Assembly (NCBI RefSeq): GCF_964204645.1
Contig: NC_134031.1
Span: 10,477,988-10,541,987, forward strand
Reading direction: 5' to 3'
Length of the DNA stretch: 64,000 nt
Origin: Tubulanus polymorphus
Lineage: Eukaryota; Animalia; Nemertea
Below the pieces are notes generated by a model. It was given only the letters and a program-made list of their open reading frames with translations, was not told where the DNA came from and ran no database searches. Shown here in pieces: positions 53,101 to 64,000 of the stretch (positions within the stretch are counted from its first letter, which is position 1; every line of letters starts with the position of its first letter). Both the position numbers and the translations under genes were made by a program.

Positions 53101-54500
53101 ACATTGTCGTTTTTTTTTTCCCATAGGGGGAATATTTGATACGAAAACGTCTTTTCTCGCGCTGAACGACGTTTTCGCGTCGAAAATTGCTTTTCCTGAC
53201 GATTTGAGCGCTTTTACGCATCGACATTGTCGTTTTTCCCATAGGGGGAATATTTGATACGAAAACGTCTTTTCTCGCGCTTAACGACGTTTTCGGGTCG
53301 AAAAGTGGTTTTCCTGACGATTTGAGCGCTTTTACACATCGACATTGTCGTTTTTCCCATAGGGGGAATATTTGATACGAAAACGTCTTTTCTCGCGCTG
53401 AACGACGTTTTCGGGTCGAAAAGTGCTTTTCCTGACGATTTGAGCGCTTTTACGCATCGACATTGTCGTTTTTCCCATAGGGGGAATATTTGATACGAAA
53501 ACGTCTTTTCTCGCGCTGAACGACCGTTTTCGGGTCGAAAAGTGCTTTTCCCGATGATTTGAGCGCTTTACGCATCGACATTGTCGTTTTTCCGATAGGG
53601 GGAATATTTGAAACGAAAACGTCTTTTCTCGCGCTGAACGACGTTTTCGGGTCAAAAAGTGCTTTTCCTGACGATTTGAGCGCTTTTACGCATCGACATT
53701 GTCGTTTTTCCCATAGGGGGAATATTTGATACGAAAACGTCTTTCTCGCGCTGAACGACGTTTTCGCGTCGAAAAGTGCTTTTCCTGACGATTTGAGCGC
53801 TTTTACGCATCGACATTGTCGTTTTTCCCATAGGGGAATATTTGAAACCAAAACGTCTTTTCTCGCGCTGAACGACGTTTTCGGGTCGAAAAGTGCTTTT
53901 CCTGACGATTTGAGCGCTTTTACGCATCGACATTGTCGTTTTTCCCATAGGGGGAATATTTGATACGAAACGTCTTTTCTCGCGCTGAACGACGTTTTCG
54001 GGTCGAAAAGTGGTTTTCCTGACGATTTGAGCGCTTTTACGCATCGACATATTCGTTTTTCCCATAGGGGGAATATTTGATACGAAAACGTCTTTTCTCG
54101 CGCTGAACGACGTTTTCGGGTCGAAAAGTGCTTTTCCTGACGATTTGAGCGCTTTTACGCATCGACATATTCGTTTTTCCCATAGGGGGAATATTTGATA
54201 CGAAAACGTCTTTTCTCGCGCTGAACGACGTTTTCGGGTCGAAAAGTGCTTTTCCTGACGATTTGAGCGCTTTTACGCATCGACATTGTCGTTTTTCCCA
54301 TAGGGGGAATATTTGAAACCAAAACGTCTTTTCTCGCCCTGAACGACGTTTTCGGGTCGAAAAGTGCTTTTCCTGACGATTTGAGCGCTTTTACGCATCG
54401 ACATTGTCGTTTTTCCCATAGGGGGAATATTTGATACGAAACGTCTTTTCTCGAGCTGAACGACGTTTTCGGGTCGAAAAGTGGTTTTCCTGACGATTTG
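41140..54500. repeat. Higher-order repeat domain with ~3.19-kb (~27-monomer) period
   Basis: Variant series recur at 42333/45528 (3195), 43996/47190 (3194), 44468/47661 (3193) and 50143/53332 (3189). Domain-specific variants include gaaaccaaaac and gacatattcg. Confidence 0.75.
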
Positions 54501-57500
54501 AGCGCTTTTACGCGTCGACATATTCGTTTTTCCCATAGGGGGAATATTTGATACGAAAACGTCTTTTCTCGCGCTGAACGACGTTTTCGGGTCGAAAAGT
54601 GCTTTTCCTGACGATTTGAGCGCTTTTACGCATCGACATTGTCGTTTTTCCCATAGGGGGAATATTTGATACGAAAACGTCTTTTCTCGCGCTGAACGAC
54701 GTTTTCGGGTCGAAAAGTGCTTTTCCTGACGATTTGAGCGCTTTTACGCATCGACATTGTCGTTTTTCCCATAGGGGGAATATTTGATACGAAAACGTCT
54801 TTTCTCGCGCTGAACGACGTTTTCGGGTCGAAAAGTGGTTTTCCCGACGATTTGAGCGCTTTTACGCATCGACATTGTCGTTTTTCCCATAGGGGGAATA
54901 TTTGATACGAAAACGTCTTTTCTTGCGCTGAACGACGTTTTTGCGTCGAAAAGTGCTTTTCCTGGCGATTTGAGCGCTTTTACGCATCGACATTGTCGTT
55001 TTTCCGATAGGGGGAATATTTGAAACGAAAACGTCTTTTCTCGCGCTGAACGACGTTTTCGGGTCGAAAAGTGGTTTTCCTGACGATTTGAGCGCTTTTA
55101 CGCATCGACATTGTCGTTTTTCCCGTAGGGGGAATATTTGATACGAAAACGTCTTTTCTCGCGCTGAACGACGTTTTCGGGTCGAAAAGTGCTTTTCCTG
55201 ACGATTTGAGCGCTTTTACGCATCGACATAGTCGTTTTTCCGATAGGGGGAATATTTGAAACGAAAACGTCTTTTCTCGCGCTGAACGACGTTTTCGCGT
55301 CGAAAAGTGCTTTTCCTGACGATTTGAGCGCTTTTACGCATCGAAATTGTCGTTTTTCCCATAGGGGGAATATCTGATACGAAAACGTCTTTTCTCGCGC
55401 TGAACGACGTTTTCGGGTCGGAAAGTGCTTTTTTTGACGATTTGAGCGCTTTTTCGCATCGACATTGTCGTTTTTCCCATAGGGGGAATATTTGATACGA
55501 AAACGGGTTTTCTCGCGCTGAACGACGTTTTCGCGTCGAAAAGTGCTTTTCCTGACGATTTGAGCGCTTTTACGCATCGAAATTGTCGTTTATCCCATAG
55601 GGGGAATATTTGATACGAAAACGTCTTTTCTCGCGCTGAACGACGTTTTCGCGTCGAAAAGTGCTTTTCCTGACGATTTGAGCGCTTTTACGCATCGACA
55701 TTGTCGTTTTTCCCATAGGGGGAATATTTGATACGAAAACGTCTTTTCTCGCGCTGAACGACGTTTTCGGGTCGAAAAGTGCTTTTCCTGACGATTTGAG
55801 CGCTTTTACGCATCGACATTGTCGTTTTTCCCATAGGGGGAATATTTGATACGAAAACGTCTTTTCTCGCGCTGAACGACGTTTTCGGGTCGAAAAGTGC
55901 TTTTCCTGACGATTTGAGCGCTTTTACGCATCGACATTGTCGTTTTTCCCATAGGGGGAATATTTGATACGAAAACGTCTTTTCTCGCGCTGAACGACGT
56001 TTTCGCATCGAAAAGTGCTTTTCCTGACGATTTGAGCGCTTTTACGCATCGACATTGTCGTTTTTCCCATAGGGGGAATATTTGATACGAAAACGGGTTT
56101 TCTCGCGCTGAACGACGTTTTCGCGTCGAAAAGTGCTTTTCCTGACGATTTGAGCGCTTTTACGCATCGAAATTGTCGTTTTTCCCATAGGGGGAATATT
56201 TGATACGAAAACGTCTTTTCTCGCGCTGAACGACGTTTTCGCGTCGAAAAGTGCTTTTCCTGACGATTTGAGCGCTTTTACGCATCGACATTGTCGTTTT
56301 TTTTCCCATAGGGGGAATATTTGATACGAAAACGTCTTTTCTCGCGCTGAACGACGTTTTCGCGTCGAAAATTGCTTTTCCTGACGATTTGAGCGCTTTT
56401 ACGCATCGACATTGTCGTTTTTCCCATAGGGGGAATATTTTGATACGAAAACGTCTTTTCTCGCGCTTAACGACGTTTTCGGGTCGAAAAGTGGTTTTCC
56501 TGACGATTTGAGCGCTTTTACACATCGACATTGTCGTTTTTCCCATAGGGGGAATATTTGATACGAAAACGTCTTTTCTCGCGCTGAACGACGTTTTCGG
56601 GTCGAAAAGTGCTTTTCCTGACGATTTGAGCGCTTTTACGCATCGACATTGTCGTTTTTCCCATAGGGGGAATATTTGATACGAAAACGACTTTTCTCGC
56701 GCTGAACGACGTTTTCGGGTCGAAAAGTGGTTTTCCTGACGATTTGAGCGCTTTTACGCATCGCCATTGTCGTTTTTCCCATAGGGGGAATATTTGATAC
56801 GAAAACGTCTTTTCTCGCGCTGAACGACGTTTTCGCGTCGAAAAGTACTTTTCCTGACGATTTGTGGGCTTTTACGCATCGACATTGTCGTTTTTCCCAT
56901 AGGGGGAATATTTGATACGAAAACGTCTTTTCTCGCGCTGAACGACGTTTTCGCGTCGAAAAGTGCTTTTCCTGACGATTTGAGCGCTTCAACTCATCGA
57001 CATTGTCGTTTTTCCCATAGGGGGAATATTTGATACGAAAACGTCTTTTCTCGCGCTGAACGACGTTTTCGCGTCGAAAAGTGCTTTTCCTGACGATTTG
57101 AGCGCTTTTACGCATCGACATTGTCGTTTTTCCCATAGGGGGAATATTTGATACGAAAACGTCTTTTCTCGCGCTGAACGACGTTTTCGGGTCGAAAAGT
57201 GGTCTTCCTGACGATTTGAGCGCTTTTACGCATCGACATTGTCGTTTTTCCCATAGGGGGAATATTTGATACGAAAACGTCTTTTCTCGCGCTGAACGAT
57301 GTTTTCGCGTCGAAAAGTGGTTTTCCTGACGATTTGAGTGCTTTTACGCATCGACATTGTCGTTTTTCCCATAGGGGGAATATTTGAAACGAAAACGTCT
57401 ATTCTCGCGCTGAACGACGTTTTCGGGTCGAAAAGTGCTTTTCCTGACGATTTGAGCCCTTTTACGCATCGACATTGTCGTTTTTCCCATAGGGGGAATA

Positions 57501-60500
57501 TTTCATACGAAAACGTCTTTTCTCGCGCTGAACGACGTTTTCGGGTCGAAAAGTGGTTTTCCTGACGATTTGAGCGCTTTTACGCATCGCCATTGTCGTT
57601 TTTCCCATAGGGGGAATATTTGATACGAAAACGTCTTTTCTCGCGCTGAACGACGTTTTCGCGTCGAAAAGTACTTTTCCTGACGATTTCAGGGCTTTTA
57701 CGCATCGACATTGTCGTTTTTCCCATAGGGGGAATATTTGATACGAAAACGTCTTTTCTCGCGCTGAACGACGTTTTCGCGTCGAAAAGTGCTTTTCCTG
57801 ACGATTTGAGCGCTTCAACTCATCGACATTGTCGTTTTTCCCATAGGGGGAATATTTGATACGAAAACGTCTTTTCTCGCGCTGAACGACGTTTTCGGGT
57901 CGAAAAGTGGTTTTCCTGACGATTTGAGCGCTTTTACGCATCGACATTGTCGTTTTTCCCATAGGGGGAATATTTGATACGAAAACGTCTTTTCTCGCGC
58001 TGAACGACGTTTTTGGGTCGAAAAGTGCTTTTCCTGACGATTTGAGCGCTTTTTCGCATCGACATTGTCGTTTTTCCCATAGGGGGAATATTTGATACGA
58101 AAACGTTTTTTTCTCGCGCTGAACGACGTTTTCGGGTCGAAAAGTGGTTTTCCTGACGATTTGAGCGCTTTTACGCATCGACATTGTCGTTTTTCCCATA
58201 GGGGGAATATTTGATACGAAAACGTCTTTTCTCGCGCTGAACGACGTTTTCGGGTCGAAAAGTGGTTTTCCTGACGATTTGAGCGCTTTTACGCATCGAC
58301 ATTGTCGTTTTTCCCATAGGGGGAATATTTGATACGAAAACGTCTTTTCTCGCGCTGAACGACGTTTTTGGGTCGAAAAGTGCTTTTCCTGACGATTTGA
58401 GCGCTTTTACGCATCGACATTGTCGTTTTTCCCATAGGGGGAATATTTGATACGAAAACGTCTTTTCTCGCGCTGAACGACGTTTTCGGGTCGAAAAGTG
58501 GTCTTCCTGACGATTTGAGCGCTTTTACGCATCGACATTGTCGTTTTTCCCATAGGGGGAATATTTGATACGAAAACGTCTTTTCTCGCGCTGAACGACG
58601 TTTTCGCGTCGAAAAGTGGTTTTCCTGACGATTTGAGCGCTTTTACGCATCGACATTGTCGTTTTTCCCATAGGGGGAATATTTGAAACGAAAACGTCTA
58701 TTCTCGCGCTGAACGACGTTTTCGGGTCGAAAAGTGCTTTTCCTGACGATTTGAGCCCTTTTACGCATCGACATTGTCGTTTTTCCCATAGGGGGAATAT
58801 TTCATACGAAAACGTCTTTTCTCGCGCTGAACGACGTTTTCGGGTCGAAAAGTGGTTTTCCTGACGATTTGAGCGCTTTTACGCATCGCCATTGTCGTTT
58901 TTCCCATAGGGGGAATATTTGATACGAAAACGTCTTTTCTCGCGCTGAACGACGTTTTCGCGTCGAAAAGTACTTTTCCTGACGATTTGAGGGCTTTTAC
59001 GCATCGACATTGTCGTTTTTCCCATAGGGGGAATATTTGATACGAAAACGTCTTTTCTCGCGCTGAACGACGTTTTCGCGTCGAAATGTGCTTTTCCTGA
59101 CGATTTGAGCGCTTCAACTCATCGACATTGTCGTTTTTCCCATAGGGGGAATATTTGATACGAAAACGTCTTTTCTCGCGCTGAACGACGTTTTCGGGTC
59201 GAAAAGTGGTTTTCCTGACGATTTGAGCGCTTTTACGCATCGACATTGTCGTTTTTCCCATAGGGGGAATATTTGATACGAAAACGTCTTTTCTCGCGCT
59301 GAACGACGTTTTTGGGTCGAAAAGTGCTTTTCCTGACGATTTGAGCGCTTTTTCGCATCGACATTGTCGTTTTTCCCATAGGGGGAATATTTGATACGAA
59401 AACGTTTTTTTCTCGCGCTGAACGACGTTTTCGGGTCGAAAAGTGGTTTTCCTGACGATTTGAGCGCTTTTACGCATCGACATTGTCGTTTTTCCCATAG
59501 GGGGAATATTTGATACGAAAACGTCTTTTCTCGCGCTGAACGACGTTTTCGGGTCGAAAAGTGCTTTTCCTGACGATTTGAGCGCTTTTTCGCATCGACA
59601 TTGTCGTTTTTCCCATAGGGGGAATATTTGATACGAAAACGGGTTTTCTCGCGCTGAACGACGTTTTCGCGTCGAAAAGTGCTTTTCCTGACGATTTGAG
59701 CGCTTTTACGCATCGAAATTGTCGTTTTTCCCATAGGGGGAATATTTGATACGAAAACGTCTTTTCTCGCGCTGAACGACGTTTTCGGGTCGGAAAGTGC
59801 TTTTTTTGACGATTTGAGCGCTTTTTCGCATCGACATTGTCGTTTTTCCCATAGGGGGAATATTTGATACGAAAACGGGTTTTCTCGCGCTGAACGACGT
59901 TTTCGCGTCGACAAGTGCTTTTCCTGACGATTTGAGCGCTTTTACGCATCGAAATTGTCGTTTTTCCCATAGGGGGAATATTTGATACGAAAACGTCTTT
60001 TCTCGCGCTGAACGACGTTTTCGCGTCGAAAAGTGCTTTTCCTGACGATTTGAGCGCTTTTACGCATCGACATTGTCGTTTTTCCCATAGGGGGAATATT
60101 TGATACGAAAACGTCTTTTCTCGCGCTGAACGACGTTTTCGCGTCGAAAAGTGCTTTTCCTGGCGATTTGAGCGCTTTTACGCATCGACATTGTCGTTTT
60201 TCCCATAGGGGGAATATTTGATACGAAAACGTCTTTTCTCGCGCTGAACGACGTTTTCGGGTCGAAAAGTGCTTTTCCTGACGATTTGAGCGCTTTTACG
60301 CATCGACATTGTCGTTTTTCCCATAGGGGGAATATTTGATACGAAAACGTCTTTTCTCGCGCTGAACGACGTTTTCGCATCGAAAAGTGCTTTTCCTGAC
60401 GATTTGAGCGCTTTTACGCATCGACATTGTCGTTTTTCCCATAGGGGGAATATTTGATACGAAAACGGGTTTTCTCGCGCTGAACGACGTTTTCGCGTCG

Positions 60501-63029
60501 AAAAGTGCTTTTCCTGACGATTTGAGCGCTTTTACGCATCGAAATTGTCGTTTTTCCCATAGGGGGAATATTTGATACGAAAACGTCTTTTCTCGCGCTG
60601 AACGACGTTTTCGCGTCGAAAAGTGCTTTTCCTGACGATTTGAGCGCTTTTACGCATCGACATTGTCGTTTTTTTTTCCATAGGGGGAATATTTGATACG
60701 AAAACGTCTTTTCTCGCGCTGAACGACGTTTTCGCGTCGAAAATTGCTTTTCCTGACGATTTGAGCGCTTTTACGCATCGACATTGACGTTTTTCCCATA
60801 GGGGGAATATTTGATACGAAAACGTCTTTTCTCGCGCTGAACGACGTTTTCGCGTCGAAAATTGCTTTTCCTGACGATTTGAGCGCTTTTACGCATCGAC
60901 ATTGTCGTTTTTCCCATAGGGGGAATATTTGATACGAAAACGTCTTTTCTCGCGCTTAACGACGTTTTCGGGTCGAAAAGTGGTTTTCCTGACGATTTGA
61001 GCGCTTTTACACATCGACATTGTCGTTTTTCCCATAGGGGGAATATTTGATACGAAAACGTCTTTTCTCGCGCTGAACGACGTTTTCGGGTCGAAAAGTG
61101 CTTTTCCTGACGATTTGAGCGCTTTTACGCATCGACATTGTCGTTTTTCCCATAGGGGGAATATTTGATACGAAAACGACTTTTCTCGCGCTGAACGACG
61201 TTTTCGGGTCGAAAAGTGGTTTTCCTGACGATTTGAGCGCTTTTACGCATCGCCATTGTCGTTTTTCCCATAGGGGGAATATTTGATACGAAAACGTCTT
61301 TTCTCGCGCTGAACGACGTTTTCGCGTCGAAAAGTACTTTTCCTGACGATTTGAGGGCTTTTACGCATCGACATTGTCGTTTTTCCCATAGGGGGAATAT
61401 TTGATACGAAAACGTCTTTTCTCGCGCTGAACGACGTTTTCGCGTCGAAAAGTGCTTTTCCTGACGATTTGAGCGCTTCAACTCATCGACATTGTCGTTT
61501 TTCCCATAGGGGGAATATTTGATACGAAAACGTCTTTTCTCGCGCTGAACGACGTTTTCGGGTCGAAAAGTGCTTTTCCTGACGATTTGAGCGCTTTTAC
61601 GCATCGACATTGTCGTTTTTCCCATAGGGGGAATATTTGATACGAAAACGTCTTTTCTCGCGCTGAACGACGTTTTTGGGTCGAAAAGTGCTTTTCCTGA
61701 CGATTTGAGCGCTTTTTCGCATCGACATTGTCGTTTTTCCCATAGGGGGAATATTTGATACGAAAACGTTTTTTTCTCGCGCTGAACGACGTTTTCGGGT
61801 CGAAAAGTGGTTTTCCTGACGATTTGAGCGCTTTTACGCATCGACATTGTCGTTTTTCCCATAGGGGGAATATTTGATACGAAAACGTCTTTTCTCGCGC
61901 TGAACGACGTTTTCGGGTCGAAAAGTGGTTTTCCTGACGATTTGAGCGCTTTTACGCATCGACATTGTCGTTTTTCCCATAGGGGGAATATTTGATACGA
62001 AAACGTCTTTTCTCGCGCTGAACGACGTTTTCGCGTCGAAAAGTGCTTTTCCTGACGATTTGAGCGCTTCAACTCATCGACATTGTCGTTTTTCCCATAG
62101 GGGGAATATTTGATACGAAAACGTCTTTTCTCGCGCTGAACGACGTTTTCGGGTCGAAAAGTGGTTTTCCTGACGATTTGAGCGCTTTTACGCATCGACA
62201 TTGTCGTTTTTCCCATAGGGGGAATATTTGATACGAAAACGTCTTTTCTCGCGCTGAACGACGTTTTTGGGTCGAAAAGTGCTTTTCCTGACGATTTGAG
62301 CGCTTTTTCGCATCGACATTGTCGTTTTTCCCATAGGGGGAATATTTGATACGAAAACGTTTTTTTCTCGCGCTGAACGACGTTTTCGGGTCGAAAAGTG
62401 GTTTTCCTGACGATTTGAGCGCTTTTACGCATCGACATTGTCGTTTTTCCCATAGGGGGAATATTTGATACGAAAACGTCTTTTCTCGCGCTGAACGACG
62501 TTTTCGGGTCGAAAAGTGGTTTTCCTGACGATTTGAGCGCTTTTACGCATCGACATTGTCGTTTTTCCCATAGGGGGAATATTTGATACGAAAACGTCTT
62601 TTCTCGCGCTGAACGACGTTTTTGGGTCGAAAAGTGCTTTTCCTGACGATTTGAGCGCTTTTTCGCATCGACATTGTCGTTTTTCCCATAGGGGGAATAT
62701 TTGATACGAAAACGGGTTTTCTCGCGCTGAACGACGTTTTCGCGTCGAAAAGTGTTTTTCTTGACGATTTGAGCGCTTTTACGCATCGAAATTGTCGTTT
62801 TTCCCATAGGGGGAATATTTGATACGAAAACGTCTTTTCTCGCGCTGAACGACGTTTTCGCGTCGAAAAGTGCTTTTCCTGACGATTTGAGCGCTTTTAC
62901 GCATCGACATTGTCGTTTTTTTTCCCATAGGGGGAATATTTGATACGAAAACGTCTTTTCTCGCGCTGAACGACGTTTTCGCGTCGAAAATTGCTTTTCC
63001 TGACGATTTGAGCGCTTTTACGCATCGAC

Positions 63030-63033
63030 ATTG
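63030..63033. other. Empty (pre-insertion) paralogous site of the element, single ATTG
   Basis: Upstream variants (T8 run, gaaaattgc) match the left flank of 8590. Downstream variants (gcttaac, T8 run, gctaaac, ggtttgcc, atttaatac, gaaatcgtc/gccgaac) match the right flank of 14987. Confidence 0.9.
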
Positions 63034-64000
63034 TCGTTTTTCCCATAGGGGGAATATTTGATACGAAAACGTCTTTTCTCGCGCTTAACGACGTTTTCGG
63101 GTCGAAAAGTGGTTTTCCTGACGATTTGAGCGCTTTTACGCATCGACATTGTCGTTTTTTTTCCCATAGGGGGAATATTTGATACGAAAACGTCTTTTCT
63201 CGCGCTAAACGACGTTTTCGGGTCGAAAAGTGCTTTTCCTGACGATTTGAGCGCTTTTACGCATCGACATTGTCGTTTTTCCCATAGGGGGAATATTTGA
63301 TACGAAAACGTCTTTTCTCGCGCTGAACGACGTTTTCGGGTCGAAAAGTGGTTTGCCTGACGATTTGAGCGCTTTTACGCATCGCCATTGTCGTTTTTCC
63401 CATAGGGGGAATATTTAATACGAAAACGTCTTTTCTCGCGCTGAACGACGTTTTCGGGTCGAAAAGTGCTTTTCCTGACGATTTGAGCGCTTTTACGCAT
63501 CGACATTGTCGTTTTTCCCATAGGGGGAATATTTGATACGAAATCGTCTTTTCTCGCGCCGAACGACGTTTTCGCGTCGAAAAGTGGTCTTCCTGACGAT
63601 TTGAGCGCTTTTACGCATCGACATTGTCGTTTTTTCCCATAGGGGGAATATTTGATACGAAAACGTCTTTTCTCGCGCTGAACGACGTTTTCGCGTCGAA
63701 AAGTGCTTTTCCTGACGATTTGAGCGCTTTTACGCATCGACATTGTCGTTTTTCCCATAGGGGGAATATTTGATACGAAAACGTCTTTTCTCGCGCTGAA
63801 CGACGTTTTCGGGTCGAAAAGTGCTTTTCCTGACGATTTGAGCCCTTTTACGCATCGACATTGTCGTTTTTCCCATAGGGGGAATATTTCATACGAAAAC
63901 GTCTTTTCTCGCGCTGAACGACGTTTTCGGGTCGAAAAGTGCTTTTCCTGACGATTTGAGCCCTTTTACGCATCGACATTGTCGTTTTTCCATAGGGGGA

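Larger units (their letters stand above)
30968..64000. repeat. 118-bp satellite array, segment 3 (~280 monomers)
   Basis: Same monomer and orientation, uninterrupted to the window end. Confidence 0.99.

Noticed and set aside
1-64000. Dozens of MGKTTMSMRKSAQ... ORFs as genes
   Set aside because: They are translations of the 118-bp monomer. Their ends are set by random variants and frameshifts, with no gene structure.

Overview
This is a eukaryotic satellite-DNA window with no credible protein-coding genes. About 51 kb (roughly 434 monomers) is one head-to-tail 118-bp satellite that is CpG-rich (~45% GC), with irregular higher-order variant blocks. The array is interrupted twice (8590-14987 and 24570-30967) by the same 6398-bp AT-rich, non-coding element. 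The element has ~480-bp imperfect terminal inverted repeats (5'-AAC...GTT-3') and a 4-bp ATTG target-site duplication. The two copies are one insertion duplicated along with its satellite flanks (offset 15,980 bp). The matching empty pre-insertion site survives at 63030-63033. The element's TSD/terminus combination does not match the DNA-transposon superfamilies I know. It carries a Penelope-type hammerhead-ribozyme-like motif, a small dispersed hairpin family and inverted G-rich repeats. Nearly all listed ORFs are translations of the satellite. The host and any centromeric function cannot be established from sequence alone.
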